From positions 5,177 through 69,176 of the forward strand of contig JBAYJK010000003.1 of NCBI GenBank assembly GCA_041665145.1: a DNA stretch of 64,000 nt, written 5' to 3'. The notes under the pieces were generated by a model, which did not search any database, was not told the origin of the DNA, and saw only the letters and a program-made list of their open reading frames with translations. Source of the stretch: Patescibacteria group bacterium (GTDB lineage Bacteria; Patescibacteriota; Microgenomatia; UBA1406). Shown piece after piece: positions 1 through 10,807 of this stretch (positions are counted from its first letter, which is position 1; the number at the start of each line of letters is the position of its first letter). Made by a program: the position numbers and the translations under genes.

Positions 1-1218
1 CGGATCGGTCGGATCTTCGCGCAGCCATGCCATGTAATGTAGGACTTGTATATACAAATAGATACCTGCGAAAAATAGGGTTATCGTCAGCGTTAAGGCA
101 GTAAGTACCCTTAAAAAATTTCCGACGGTTTTGAATGTGTAATCAATGACGCGACTCATGCCATGAGTTACCAATGAATCAATACTGCGAAGACCGCCTG
201 AAAGTGCATAAACCTTATCACTGATTGTAACAATAGGACTGAACGCTCCGAAAAGACTGGTGAATGTACGTATAGTCACTCCTGCGGTGAGGAATGCGAA
301 TGCCCATACTGCAGATTTCTCCGCTACCCAGCTCATGTGCGCAAACACCAAAAGCGGCGTGGCTGCAAAGAAAAATAATGCAATGCGGAACGAGTACGAG
401 CCGCTCAGCCGGTATGCAGCAGCACACACAAACCACCAAAGCATCGGCAAGGCGATGCTCATATCAGAAGAAGTCCGAATGAGAAATGTTTCAATCCATA
501 TCCACGCTATTATGGGAAGCACCGAAGGTCGGCTCAGCACCCGCAAAGTCTCGGTAAGAGTATTCCTGTCTTCGGTGGACGTTGCATGACGCCCTGCAGC
601 AAGATATAGAATGTACAAAAGTATCGGGATGCTGTATATGAAGAAAATCTTCCACGAGTGCTCCGTCGACGCATAGTACGAAAGCTTTTTGTATATGAAG
701 TTTCTTAATACTTCGCGGTCGGTAAGCAGTTCCTTTTTTGAAAATGAGTAGCGGGTAATAAAAACGGGAGAATTACTGCTCAGCACCATTCGTTGGTTCG
801 GATTTTTTTTGGATTTCAAAGAAATTTCGAACACGTACTTTACGTTTTTTGAATCTTTGATTATCGGCAATCCGAAATCGATGAATGTTTCGGGCATTAG
901 CTGAGGCGCGGTAATGGTGCTGACGGCATATCGAGTGTTGCTACCGAATCTCCTTAAGCTGAAGTGGATACTTCCTTCAAGCGGAATTTTTTGATCGAAT
1001 TTCAGCGAGACAATTCCGAGATTCATTTCGGAAGCAGTAAAAGTTCCCACGATTCTTTGAGGTTTGGTAACAATATCTACGTGTTGGTTTGCGGATAGCA
1101 CAGTAGGGCTGAAGTCAGAATTTAAGAAATATGCCAAGGCAGAAATGCCTGACACCACAACTATCATTAAACCTGCTGCAACCCTAACTAAGCCCGTAAT
1201 GAATATTTTATGCTGCAT
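1..1218 (-). CDS. Partial CDS (first 406 codons, runs off the left edge): membrane protein of unknown function in the glycan/envelope operon
   Basis: Manual minus-strand translation from ATG 1218..1216 (MQHKIFITGLVRVAAGLMIVVVSG...) stays open for 406 codons to position 1. It is absent from the ORF track because no stop lies in the window. It has an N-terminal TM helix, a ~130-aa soluble segment, then several hydrophobic helices. It overlaps the upstream gene's stop by 11 nt. The track ORFs 218..589 are shadows of it. Confidence 0.6.
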   Translation of the reverse strand, partial: MQHKIFITGLVRVAAGLMIVVVSGISALAYFLNSDFSPTVLSANQHVDIVTKPQRIVGTFTASEMNLGIVSLKFDQKIPLEGSIHFSLRRFGSNTRYAVSTITAPQLMPETFIDFGLPIIKDSKNVKYVFEISLKSKKNPNQRMVLSSNSPVFITRYSFSKKELLTDREVLRNFIYKKLSYYASTEHSWKIFFIYSIPILLYILYLAAGRHATSTEDRNTLTETLRVLSRPSVLPIIAWIWIETFLIRTSSDMSIALPMLWWFVCAAAYRLSGSYSFRIALFFFAATPLLVFAHMSWVAEKSAVWAFAFLTAGVTIRTFTSLFGAFSPIVTISDKVYALSGGLRSIDSLVTHGMSRVIDYTFKTVGNFLRVLTALTLTITLFFAGIYLYIQVLHYMAWLREDPTDP

Positions 1219-3313
1219 TACTAGTGCGTGAAATTGATTTAACAACCGATAATAAAGCGATGCCGAGGAGCAATCCGAATGCAGAGAATGTCATAAACAA
1301 ACCGGTATAGTAAAACAGTTGCGGTCGGTAAATCAACGTGTAAGAGCCGGAATCAATCTCCGGTTTGTCGATAACCCACTTATTGGCGTAACCGTACAAC
1401 AGAGAATGTTGTGCGTTAATCGGTTTTTGGAACAGATAGTGCAGTGAAAAAAATTTCAAACCGTCGGACTTGTCTGAATATATTTTCCAGTTGTCATCAT
1501 ACGACTCCAAAAGAGCAACTTCAGCCGTTCTCACGTTTTTGGCTATTTTGAATTTGTATTCGGTAGAACTTACCCTTTCCAAAGGAATGTCATTCGAAAG
1601 AATTTGGGAAGAAAGAAATCGATCCCTTACTTTATAAAGAGTGAGCGGACCGTCTGATGCAATTTTGTCAGCGAGTGTAGCAAGACTGCTCTCGGCTATT
1701 TTGTCGTCTACAAACCGGGAATCAACATCATGGCGAAACAGAATATAGCGAATGTTAAACTCCGACAAATTTTTTGCAATAAGGGAAACGTTGTTCTTTT
1801 CAAGTGAGGTATACAATCGTTTTATTGTCTTAAAATTTCCTTCCTGTCGCGAAGAACCGTACCCCGGCGTTAAGTTAATGGATGAATAGTTAAAAAGTTG
1901 CGCACTCATCCAAGCACCCGAATATCCCCATGTGTAGTAATCAAATGCGGAGGTATTTTTGGGAAGGATCAGTACTCTGCCCTGTTCGGTTTTTTCGTTG
2001 AAGCGCGCTGCCATTTTGTACCAATAATCCGGGATACTGATGATGTTGGTGAAGATTTTCGCGAAAATAAACGGTGATCCGAGGAAAAGAATGAGAACAA
2101 ACCCTGAAAGAGTGATAAATCTGCGCCAAACCGTATTGGAAATCAGACTCACCGACGCTGTGATGAAATATGGCAAAGCAAGAACCAACAGAAAAGGAAA
2201 TTTTATGTCGCTTGCCCGGTAAATACCGAAATACTGGATCTTCTGCAACAAAATTTTATATAAATCGCCGAATGGCGGTGCTGTTCCTTTAGTCAGAAAA
2301 ACTCCCGAAACAAACAGAAGCGAAAAAAATATTGTAACTACAAGTGAATTACTCAATAACGTCGATGCACTTCTCTTTCGGAGAAGTATAAAGAGAAGTG
2401 CGGCATACACAATAAACATAATAATTATGCCCGGATCCCGATACCAGGAAGCATACTCAAAAAAAGGCTTTCCGTACCCGTCCGTTTTATCAAACCAGTA
2501 AAATTCAAAGAGTGTGAGAGCTCCAAGAATAGGTGTCTTTAACAGTGAAGCCGCGGAAAAATTACTTACATACACTACGGCGTTTGCAAACGTTGACTTC
2601 AGTAATTGTGTGAACGGGAGAATCCAGAATGCATTCGAACTCAACAGCACAAATATTAGTGAAAGAACCTTGAGGACATTCTCTCGTTTACGGGTGCTCA
2701 CTATCAGAATCACGGTGATGTAAATTGACATGACAATTAGCACAAGCCCAAAGAGTGCGATATTCAATGATGTGACGCTGAGAATAAAAAAAAGCACGAA
2801 TAGTTTAAAAAGGGTAACTGTCCGAATCCCGGGATCATCAAAAAGGTTTTTCACTTCGAGAAGTATGAACGGTGTCAGCGAAAACATATAGCCGTAGGAA
2901 GGAAACCATTGGAACATCATGACGTAAAACGGGTTGAAAACGTAAAAAAGTGCACCCAGAAGTATGCTGCTCGAAGGCGCTGATCGGATTGATTTCAAAT
3001 AATGATACATACCCAGAAACGGTACGGCAAGAAATGCGCCCAAGAAAGTCTTTTGCACAATGGAAATCGGCAAAAGTGTATGCAGTACATAAACAAGGAA
3101 ATTATTCACTACCGGAGTAAAAAACAAGTTTGAAGACCCGAACCCGAAGTAGGAAAACCATACCGATAATGAATTGATGAATGTATTCTGTGGGGCAATA
3201 CTCGTGTATGTTTCTCCCCCAATAATAAGCTGGTGGTTTCCGAACCAAAAAAAAGGAATAATAAAAAGCACTATAGCAACTAGGTTTTCTGTTTTTAATA
3301 CTTTTTTGAACAT
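1208..3313 (-). CDS. Large polytopic membrane protein, possibly a GT-C-type glycosyltransferase/polymerase
   Basis: 701 aa. There are many hydrophobic helices in the first ~430 aa, then a ~250-aa soluble domain and a terminal TM helix. It is the last large gene of a glycosyltransferase operon. No diagnostic motif was recognised. Confidence 0.45.
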   Translation of the reverse strand: MFKKVLKTENLVAIVLFIIPFFWFGNHQLIIGGETYTSIAPQNTFINSLSVWFSYFGFGSSNLFFTPVVNNFLVYVLHTLLPISIVQKTFLGAFLAVPFLGMYHYLKSIRSAPSSSILLGALFYVFNPFYVMMFQWFPSYGYMFSLTPFILLEVKNLFDDPGIRTVTLFKLFVLFFILSVTSLNIALFGLVLIVMSIYITVILIVSTRKRENVLKVLSLIFVLLSSNAFWILPFTQLLKSTFANAVVYVSNFSAASLLKTPILGALTLFEFYWFDKTDGYGKPFFEYASWYRDPGIIIMFIVYAALLFILLRKRSASTLLSNSLVVTIFFSLLFVSGVFLTKGTAPPFGDLYKILLQKIQYFGIYRASDIKFPFLLVLALPYFITASVSLISNTVWRRFITLSGFVLILFLGSPFIFAKIFTNIISIPDYWYKMAARFNEKTEQGRVLILPKNTSAFDYYTWGYSGAWMSAQLFNYSSINLTPGYGSSRQEGNFKTIKRLYTSLEKNNVSLIAKNLSEFNIRYILFRHDVDSRFVDDKIAESSLATLADKIASDGPLTLYKVRDRFLSSQILSNDIPLERVSSTEYKFKIAKNVRTAEVALLESYDDNWKIYSDKSDGLKFFSLHYLFQKPINAQHSLLYGYANKWVIDKPEIDSGSYTLIYRPQLFYYTGLFMTFSAFGLLLGIALLSVVKSISRTSNAA

Positions 3314-3419
3314 GCTATTTGTACGACAAAATCAATTGATACTGATCGTAAGAGATATGATACAATTTTGTTGGTTTGAAGAATAGGACTAAATTATTAT
3401 TATCAATTTTAGATTTGAT

Positions 3420-4667
3420 ATGTACAAAACCATCAAAGCATGTCGGATTTGCGGAAATAAGAATCTTAAGACGATTATCAATCTCGGCGACCTTACGTTA
3501 ACCGGAGTATTCCCGAAGAATGTGCATGAAGAAATTGAGAGCGGACCCCTTCAGCTTGTCAGATGTGTCGGTGATAAAAAAACAGCATGTGGTTTGGTAC
3601 AACTGAAACACTCCTTTGAACAATCCAAAATGTACGGAGACAATTATGGATATCGTTCAGGATTGAATAGAACGATGGTTGACCACCTGAAAGATATATT
3701 CGTATTGGCAACAAAAGCAGTTACCCTGAAAAATAAAGATCTCATTATAGACATTGGTAGTAACGACGGAACACTTCTTAATAATTACGATCAGAAAAAA
3801 TATACTCTTGCAGGAATTGATCCGACCTCTAAAAAATTTAGAGACTATTACCATAAGGGTATAAATGTTTTTCCTGAATTCTTCTCTGCCGAGCTTGTTG
3901 CTAAGAAGTTTCCCGGCATGAAGGCTAAAATTATTACTTCAATCGCCATGTTCTATGATTTGGAAAATCCCCTTGCCTTTGTTGAGGATATCTATCGAGT
4001 TCTTGATGACAACGGAGTATGGATTTTTGAACAAAGTTATTTTAAATCAATGGTAAAGGTAAATGCTTATGACACTATTTGCCACGAGCATTTGGAATAT
4101 TACACAGTGCGCCAGATAAAGTGGCTGCTGGATCAGGCCGATATGAAAATCATACACGTCGAGCTTAACGACACGAATGGCGGAAGTTTTCTTGTTACCG
4201 CAGCTAAAAAGAAGTCTGGGCTTAAAGAAAATACGACATTGATATCACGCATGTTGAAAGAGGAAACTGCATACGGTCTCAGTTCAGATAAACTGTATGT
4301 CCAGATGAAGGAAAAAATACTGGCACATAAAAAAGAGCTGAAACAGCTTTTGAAGAAGCTGCGTATGGAGGGAAAAACCGTTGTCGGTTGCGGAGCATCG
4401 ACGAAAGGAAATGTAATTCTCCAATATTGCGGACTCACCGCAAAAGATATTCCGATTATCGCGGATGTTAATGAATACAAACATGGTCGTGTCACCCCGG
4501 GTTCAAAGATCCCTATTGCATCCGAAGAAGAAGTACGTAAGCTTCACCCCGATTATATGTTGGTATTGCCCTGGCATTTTAAAGCTAATCTTATCAAACG
4601 TGAGGCATCATATACGCAGTCCGGGGGAAAGCTGATTTTCCCGCTGCCGAAAATTGAAATATTATAA
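3420..4667 (+). CDS. SAM-dependent sugar C-methyltransferase-like protein (N-terminal zinc-ribbon type)
   Basis: 415 aa. It has an N-terminal CRICGN zinc-ribbon start, a SAM-binding DIGSNDG motif, and a C-terminal domain resembling NDP-hexose C-methyltransferases. Confidence 0.75.
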   Translation: MYKTIKACRICGNKNLKTIINLGDLTLTGVFPKNVHEEIESGPLQLVRCVGDKKTACGLVQLKHSFEQSKMYGDNYGYRSGLNRTMVDHLKDIFVLATKAVTLKNKDLIIDIGSNDGTLLNNYDQKKYTLAGIDPTSKKFRDYYHKGINVFPEFFSAELVAKKFPGMKAKIITSIAMFYDLENPLAFVEDIYRVLDDNGVWIFEQSYFKSMVKVNAYDTICHEHLEYYTVRQIKWLLDQADMKIIHVELNDTNGGSFLVTAAKKKSGLKENTTLISRMLKEETAYGLSSDKLYVQMKEKILAHKKELKQLLKKLRMEGKTVVGCGASTKGNVILQYCGLTAKDIPIIADVNEYKHGRVTPGSKIPIASEEEVRKLHPDYMLVLPWHFKANLIKREASYTQSGGKLIFPLPKIEIL

Positions 4668-5176
4668 TGCTGGATTTTATCCGCAAAAGTAAATTGGTCG
4701 GATTTCTTTGGAATGCAGTATTTGATGCGCGGACATTCATAATTCTTAAATGGGTTTTTCGGGTTAAAAAAATCGGACATTCGGTTGTCGTTCATCCCGG
4801 ATTTCTTGTTTTTCATGGAGCCAATAATATTTCGGTAGGCAATAATGTCTGCCTTGCTGATGCATTGTTGAATGCCGGCTACCGGGAAGGATCAATAACT
4901 ATAGATGACTATGTTTTTTTCAGTCCCCGGGTAATGATACATGCACGAGGGCATGATTATGAACGGTTCGGAAAAGCAAGAATGGATTCGATTGTAGAAA
5001 AACCGATTCATATTAAAAAAGGTGCATGGATCGGCGCTGGCAGCATGATACTTGCCGGTGTAACTGTCGGAGAGGACAGTGTTGTTGCCGCAGGATCCGT
5101 GGTCACGAAAAATGTTCCTCCCCGATGTATTGTCGCCGGTGTTCCCGCAATGGTGATAAAAAAATTACATGAGTAA
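4667..5176 (+). CDS. Hexapeptide-repeat (left-handed beta-helix) O-acetyltransferase
   Basis: 169 aa. The tail KKGAWIGAGSMILAGVTVGEDSVVAAGSVVTKNVPPRCIVAGVPA is typical of the maltose/galactoside acetyltransferase family. The start overlaps the upstream stop (TAATG). Confidence 0.8.
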   Translation: MLDFIRKSKLVGFLWNAVFDARTFIILKWVFRVKKIGHSVVVHPGFLVFHGANNISVGNNVCLADALLNAGYREGSITIDDYVFFSPRVMIHARGHDYERFGKARMDSIVEKPIHIKKGAWIGAGSMILAGVTVGEDSVVAAGSVVTKNVPPRCIVAGVPAMVIKKLHE

Positions 5177-6050
5177 ACCGCTTCTTTCTATTTGCATAAC
5201 AACTCTCAATCGTGCGGTGTTTCTCGATGCCTGCCTTGCAAGTATTGTAAAACAACTGACTCCCGCTACTCTACCTCTAGTCGAACTGATTATTTTGGAC
5301 GACAACAGCAAAGATGAAACCGATGCGGTTGTTGCAAAATATACCCGAAAATACCGAAATGTGAGGTATTTCAAAAACCCTGAACGTGTAGGCTTGGCAA
5401 AAGGAATTCACCAGGTATCCTGTTATGCGACGGGTACGTACACATGGTTTTTCTCGGATGATGACGGAATGTCCGGAGATGCGCTGTCGACGGTACTTGA
5501 AGCCATCAAGAAGAAGACTGACGTGATGTATCTTAATATCGATTTATTCACGAAAGATTTTAAAACCCTGATTCAGGCGAATCTTTTACACCTCTCGGGG
5601 AATGTACTCCTACCGGGCAAGCGGGATTTTTTCCGGTTTCTCGGACAGTATTTTCCGGACATGTTTACTATTGATTGGTTTACGACATATCTGTCGAACC
5701 TGATTATCCGTACCAAAGTTATAGCGGGATCAAAACAGGACATAGATGAATATGTCGAACACAAAGACATTGCGTATTTTCCTCAACTGTATTCCATCTT
5801 TCAAAACTCACACGATTTATCTTTTTATATCGTAAAAAATTCCGTAGTACATTTCAGATCGGATAATGCCTCTTATGCAAAAAAAACGAAGTATCAGAAT
5901 TACTCTTTTACCAAACGCATATATACTCATCAATATATCACGTTGATAAAGACTAATTGGCAGTATATGAGTCCCGGATTTCTGCTACTGGCAGCCGAAA
6001 AACTTCTCTTCATGTTTGGGAGGTCAATCTTTGCCTTTTTCGGAATCTAG
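5169..6050 (+). CDS. Family 2 glycosyltransferase
   Basis: 293 aa. LSICITTLNR...ELIILDDNSKDET is the GT-A N-terminal DxD-type signature. Confidence 0.75.
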   Translation: MSKPLLSICITTLNRAVFLDACLASIVKQLTPATLPLVELIILDDNSKDETDAVVAKYTRKYRNVRYFKNPERVGLAKGIHQVSCYATGTYTWFFSDDDGMSGDALSTVLEAIKKKTDVMYLNIDLFTKDFKTLIQANLLHLSGNVLLPGKRDFFRFLGQYFPDMFTIDWFTTYLSNLIIRTKVIAGSKQDIDEYVEHKDIAYFPQLYSIFQNSHDLSFYIVKNSVVHFRSDNASYAKKTKYQNYSFTKRIYTHQYITLIKTNWQYMSPGFLLLAAEKLLFMFGRSIFAFFGI

Positions 6051-7226
6051 GGTTTGTAGGAATTTGTCGACGAGTTTTGCCCGCGTACTCCATGCCCACT
6101 TGTTTTTAAGTTTTGCGACGGTATCCTTCTGGGGCTTGAGTAATCCGAGTCTTTTGTCATTTGTCAACAGATCCACAACCGCGCCCGAAAATTTGTCGAG
6201 GTTATATGGCTCTATTTTCAGGCACCCTTCTTTGTATACATTTTTCAAAGCAGGAAGATCAAACATGACAACCGGCAAGCCTGAACAAAGTGCCTCAGCG
6301 GCAACCATGCCGTTATTGTCGTAAACCGTCGGATGAATGAACAGTCGCGATGCACCGTAGATGTGGAATTTTTCTTTTCCGTTTACATACCCCAACCACG
6401 AGATGTGCTTATCCAAACCCAAAGATGTCGCCCGAGACTTCAGGGAACTTTCAAATGCCTTTTCTCCGTTTCCGATAATGGCCAGCTTTGCCTGCGGGAC
6501 TGTATCGAGAACTTCCCTCCATATAGTAAGAAGTTTGATAATTCCCTTTTGCGGGTGCAGGCGACTACAGAACACTGCGTCGTATATCTTTGTTTGTGTC
6601 TCAGGAGTGTTACTTGTCAGCTCCGTATTCACACCTCCGTAAACGGGTAAAACATACTTTTGCTTTTTAATCGGAAAGCGCTTCAAATCAACATCGTTCG
6701 TGATGAAGCAATAATCGAAACGACTAAAAATAAGCCGAATCATCACTAATTGGTACAGGTAATATACGAGGTATTTTATCGGGGGGAATCCGTATCTTCT
6801 GACAATATTTTCAATGGGGTTCGGGATAAAGAGATACAGGCTTGCGATCCAGCGGAATTTATACTTACTTTTCAGTAAGTAAACCGGAACAACGTCCGGC
6901 CCAAAATCTGAACAGCTATAAAAATAATCACGATCGTTAATTGTGTTATTACTGAAGTACTGTTGGTAAAAGTTCCAAATATATGTGCACTCTTTTATGT
7001 GAGATCCAAAAGAAAATTTAGTAAACGGATAAGGGATTTGAACGATTGATACTTTCGTTAAATCATGAATATTTTTTTTGAAGGTTTCAGGTTCGGTGGT
7101 CAAGATAACAAAATTATATTTGTCGGAAAGCTCGTTGATAATCTCAAGTAATATCTTTGTATTACCTCCCATCGAACCGTCAGGACTCGTGTAGATTGCG
7201 CTTACGTAAAAATTCACTTTATTCAT
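6024..7226 (-). CDS. GT4-type (GT-B fold) glycosyltransferase
   Basis: 400 aa. C-terminal RLHPQKG...GNGE...YDNNGMVAAEALCSGLPVV matches the Glycos_transf_1 E-x7-E region. Confidence 0.8.
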   Translation of the reverse strand: MNKVNFYVSAIYTSPDGSMGGNTKILLEIINELSDKYNFVILTTEPETFKKNIHDLTKVSIVQIPYPFTKFSFGSHIKECTYIWNFYQQYFSNNTINDRDYFYSCSDFGPDVVPVYLLKSKYKFRWIASLYLFIPNPIENIVRRYGFPPIKYLVYYLYQLVMIRLIFSRFDYCFITNDVDLKRFPIKKQKYVLPVYGGVNTELTSNTPETQTKIYDAVFCSRLHPQKGIIKLLTIWREVLDTVPQAKLAIIGNGEKAFESSLKSRATSLGLDKHISWLGYVNGKEKFHIYGASRLFIHPTVYDNNGMVAAEALCSGLPVVMFDLPALKNVYKEGCLKIEPYNLDKFSGAVVDLLTNDKRLGLLKPQKDTVAKLKNKWAWSTRAKLVDKFLQTLDSEKGKD

Positions 7227-8071
7227 GGTCTTCTCAAAACAATAAACAATGCATCACCGTTTTTGAAAACATTTTCGACTAGCGATATGGGGAGGTACAA
7301 AATATACGCGAGCTTAAAAAGCACATTGAGTATTTTCGGATTCCGAATATGCAGTGTGCGCGTCAGGCTGTCGCCGAAATAACCCATGAAATAACTTTTG
7401 GCAGTTATGGTTTCCAGGCCGTGTTTATGTGCGAGCTGTATAATTTTTTTCTCCGAAAGAATGTGCTGATGCGTGTCGTCATAATACCCGCTCCAATTAT
7501 CCTGAAAAACAGCCCGACTGAAGCTTTTTAAGTTAGGGGTAGAAATAACAATTAAGCCGTTTTTTAAAGTAAGCTGTTTGACTTTCTCCATAAATTTATC
7601 GACGTCGGCCACATGTTCTATTACGTGGGATGCGCGTACTACGTCGAACTTTTTGTCTATTTTGATTTTCTCGAAGTTTCCCGGAAACAGACGGACACCG
7701 TTTTTAATTGCGAGAGCTCCCGCGCTTTTGTTTATTTCAACGCCGTACGTTTCCCAGAGTTTTTTGTCGAGCATGGAAAGAAACAGTCCGGTGCTGCAGC
7801 CGATATCCAAAATGGACAGTTTTTTATTCGCAAAAGCATAGGAAAACCCGGGGTTTACGAACGGAGATAGAAGCACGGAAAGGAAATTACGGGTTTTATT
7901 GAAGTATGATGCATATGCTCCGTTCCATGTTCTCCGCAACCATGAGATGAGTTTATGTTCCCTGTCTTCAAAAATAAAGCGCTCGTAAGCTTTATAAAAT
8001 TCGTCACCTCTCATCAGATTGCTCACGATAGTATGGATGTCTTTCTTTTTATCTATTTTAAGAACGGTCAT
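7223..8071 (-). CDS. Class I SAM-dependent methyltransferase
   Basis: 282 aa. It has an ILDIGCSTGLF motif I and a downstream FDVVRASHVIEHV. It overlaps both neighbours in an operon. Confidence 0.75.
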   Translation of the reverse strand: MTVLKIDKKKDIHTIVSNLMRGDEFYKAYERFIFEDREHKLISWLRRTWNGAYASYFNKTRNFLSVLLSPFVNPGFSYAFANKKLSILDIGCSTGLFLSMLDKKLWETYGVEINKSAGALAIKNGVRLFPGNFEKIKIDKKFDVVRASHVIEHVADVDKFMEKVKQLTLKNGLIVISTPNLKSFSRAVFQDNWSGYYDDTHQHILSEKKIIQLAHKHGLETITAKSYFMGYFGDSLTRTLHIRNPKILNVLFKLAYILYLPISLVENVFKNGDALFIVLRRP

Positions 8072-9119
8072 GTATATTTTTCGCTAACTTAATAATTTGT
8101 TGTACCCTGTTGGAATAAGTGTGATACTTTTCTACCCTGTTTTTTCCCCTGTCGGATATTTTTTTTCTCAGCTCCGGACGGTCGATGTAATACTTAATTT
8201 TATCGAACCAGTCGTCTTTTCCCGTCGCAACTATTAATTCTTCGCCTAATTTAAAATATTTTGAAATGCAGGAAACCGAATCGACAATTTCAAATCCCCC
8301 GGCTGCAGGAATCTTAAATGTCCGCTCGTTGCAGTCACCGCCGAAACGTTGTTGATAGTCTTCATGCACATTGATGGAAATTGCGGTCGAGTTATATATT
8401 TTGCGCTCGTCCGAAAGGTGCAGTTTCGGTTTCTGGATATTTCTTAATAACCCGATATTAAAATATTGTCCTGCTTTTTGCAGCAGTCCTTTATATTTAT
8501 CAAGCATTGTCCAATCTTGTCCGTAGAATTTAACGGAGTATTTGTCTTTTAGCGGCATAATGACTTCTTTAAAAAAAGAAGCCTTGCCGGGCAAGTTTGT
8601 TCCCACATAAGCAATGTCGCTCTCAAACCGCTTGTCAAACTCCGGGAAAATAACCGTTGCGTCGCACGCAAGCGGGATGGTCTCGAAATTTTTCCCGGTA
8701 ACTTTGGTAAACCCGTCCATCCTCTCATCTTCCTGTTCGACGGTGTGAAAGAAAATGTCTCCCAATAACCCGGATTGAATCTGTGCAACCTTTCCGGATT
8801 CGTCTTTCAAAGATGGGGCTTCGTTTATTCGCGCTTTAGAAATAGGAGAATTCCAAAAATCGATTTTCGTAAACAGCACCATTCCTTTTTTACGGTACTT
8901 CATGAGAAGTTCAAGATTCAAAAATTTCTGATAGTAAAAATGACTTGATGTCATAAAAATATCCGGCTGTACCCGTTCTAAAAATACCGCAAGTTTTTCA
9001 TCCTGGGTAAACGGGAAAAAACGATGCCCGAGTTTTTCGAAGGCATTTTTATATCCGTTGAAAATTGTTCGGTATGCATAGATAGTTTCGGGCGACGGTA
9101 TATGATATGCGATTTTCAT
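8058..9119 (-). CDS. CgeB-like glycosyltransferase (Glyco_trans_1_2-like C-terminus)
   Basis: 353 aa. The C-terminal NERTFKIPAAGGFEIVD...DRPELRKKISDRG resembles the CgeB/DUF3880 family. Confidence 0.6.
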   Translation of the reverse strand: MKIAYHIPSPETIYAYRTIFNGYKNAFEKLGHRFFPFTQDEKLAVFLERVQPDIFMTSSHFYYQKFLNLELLMKYRKKGMVLFTKIDFWNSPISKARINEAPSLKDESGKVAQIQSGLLGDIFFHTVEQEDERMDGFTKVTGKNFETIPLACDATVIFPEFDKRFESDIAYVGTNLPGKASFFKEVIMPLKDKYSVKFYGQDWTMLDKYKGLLQKAGQYFNIGLLRNIQKPKLHLSDERKIYNSTAISINVHEDYQQRFGGDCNERTFKIPAAGGFEIVDSVSCISKYFKLGEELIVATGKDDWFDKIKYYIDRPELRKKISDRGKNRVEKYHTYSNRVQQIIKLAKNIHDRS

Positions 9120-9937
9120 GACCTAGAAGAATTTCTCAGCAAATTAAATAAAGCAATTTTTACTCTTGGCGGAATAGTATAAATGGAAATCCATTGAACT
9201 ACGTTATAGATCCGATCAAACAAATTCATCGAGTAGCCACCTACCCCATTATTTTTATTGCGGATCTCCAGTGTCGATAACTCAATCTTTTTGAGCCGTT
9301 TAAATGTCGCGGAAGAATTATGTTCTCTATACCGCAAGGTCACAAACGGAAGATTCGCAAATTCATATTTCGTCCCTATTCTGAAAGACATATCGATGTC
9401 TTCTGCCGGCGGGTATGCGGGGTTATATAAACCTACTTTGTCAAAACACTCTTTACGGATCATTGCCGTCGGTTGTGCTACCGGCGAATAACGGAATATT
9501 GTCTTACGCAAACTTTTGTCGTCGGTTGCATACTTACGGATACTTTTGTCGGTGGTACCGTCAAAAAATTGCAGATAGCCCCCGACAATACCCACACTTG
9601 GGTGTGCTTCCATGAAATCGAATTGTTTCCGAATTCTGTCAGGTATGGAAATGTCATCAGCATCTTGCCATGCAATATACTTTCCCTGCGCGAGTTTTAC
9701 CAACGTATTTCGGTTTTCTGCAATATACACATTTTTCTTATTCCGGTACGCACGTATCCGTTTGTCTTTTTTTACGTATTTTTGGATGACGTCCCACGTT
9801 GCATCTGTCGAACAGTCGTCGGAGATAATAAGTTCGAAGTCCCGGAATGACTGGTTGAGAATGCTTTCAATCGCCTCTCCGATATACTTTTCGGCGTTGA
9901 ATGCCGGCATCAGAACTGATACAAGAGGCTCCGTCAT
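9116..9937 (-). CDS. Family 2 glycosyltransferase
   Basis: 273 aa. VSVLMPAFNAEKYIGEAIESILNQSFRDFELIISDDCSTD is the classic GT2 signature. Confidence 0.85.
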   Translation of the reverse strand: MTEPLVSVLMPAFNAEKYIGEAIESILNQSFRDFELIISDDCSTDATWDVIQKYVKKDKRIRAYRNKKNVYIAENRNTLVKLAQGKYIAWQDADDISIPDRIRKQFDFMEAHPSVGIVGGYLQFFDGTTDKSIRKYATDDKSLRKTIFRYSPVAQPTAMIRKECFDKVGLYNPAYPPAEDIDMSFRIGTKYEFANLPFVTLRYREHNSSATFKRLKKIELSTLEIRNKNNGVGGYSMNLFDRIYNVVQWISIYTIPPRVKIALFNLLRNSSRS

Positions 9938-10728
9938 GTTTTGGGAAAAACGACTAAATCCGAAGGTTTTTCCAAACGCTGATGCGATGATTTGTAGTAC
10001 CTGACGATATTTAATCGGTAGAATATTGCAAGCGTATCCTGAAAAATTCCCCTGATCGCGCCGAGTGTTGCTGCTGATGTGACGGAGGCAAGTTGGTAGT
10101 CCATTTTTATGGGAGCTTCATAGATCCGTTTGAACCCCAGGGAATTTGCGACAACCAGCATTTCCAGATCTCCGGCGAATTTTTTTTCAATCAATCTCGG
10201 TAAAACTTTTTCCAGTACATGTTTCTTATAAATCTTTATACCTGCCTGGGTGTCTCGCACGGAAATACCGAACAAAATTTTGACGAACAGGTAATATCCG
10301 TAACTCAGAATTTTTCTCATTACCGAGTAATTGACTAGCGACGCAGGGTGACGTTTGCTTCCTACAATTATATCGGCGTTATACCATTCCATATGCTCCA
10401 TAAGCATGGAGATGCTGCTCGTATCGATTTCATTACCGGCGTCAAGAAACATGACATAATCTCCTTTTGCATCATGCATACCAAGCTGAATGGCGTACGA
10501 CTTTCCTCTGTTGTCGGCGTAAAAAAGACATTTTACTTTATCTATTTTCGCTTCTTTGATTTTTTCGAATGAACCGTCTATTTTGCCGTCGACTACCGCA
10601 ATAATCTCATAATCATAACGGATGGAATCTAGTGCTTCTTTAATGGATTTCAGGTTTGCGGCGATTGTTTTTTCCTGACGGTACACGGGAACAATAAGGG
10701 AAAGAAAATGCGAATTGATTTTGCTCAT
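9934..10728 (-). CDS. Family 2 glycosyltransferase (polyprenyl-phosphate sugar synthase-like)
   Basis: 264 aa. LSLIVPVYRQEKTI...EIIAVVDG...FLDAGNE are GT-A motifs. Confidence 0.8.
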   Translation of the reverse strand: MSKINSHFLSLIVPVYRQEKTIAANLKSIKEALDSIRYDYEIIAVVDGKIDGSFEKIKEAKIDKVKCLFYADNRGKSYAIQLGMHDAKGDYVMFLDAGNEIDTSSISMLMEHMEWYNADIIVGSKRHPASLVNYSVMRKILSYGYYLFVKILFGISVRDTQAGIKIYKKHVLEKVLPRLIEKKFAGDLEMLVVANSLGFKRIYEAPIKMDYQLASVTSAATLGAIRGIFQDTLAIFYRLNIVRYYKSSHQRLEKPSDLVVFPKT

Positions 10729-10807
10729 GCTATTTATTGTAGCAAAATTGACTGAGTAATTTCGTCCACTTCCAATTCTATTTCAAGTAGTGTAATATAC
10801 ACAGAGT

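Noticed and set aside
218-589. Three short overlapping ORFs (73, 109 and 62 aa) are the only track entries left of 1208.
   Set aside because: They lie inside or antisense to a 406-codon open frame on the minus strand (1..1218). That frame has a membrane-protein sequence and an operon-style overlap with the upstream gene. The short ORFs are shadow ORFs.
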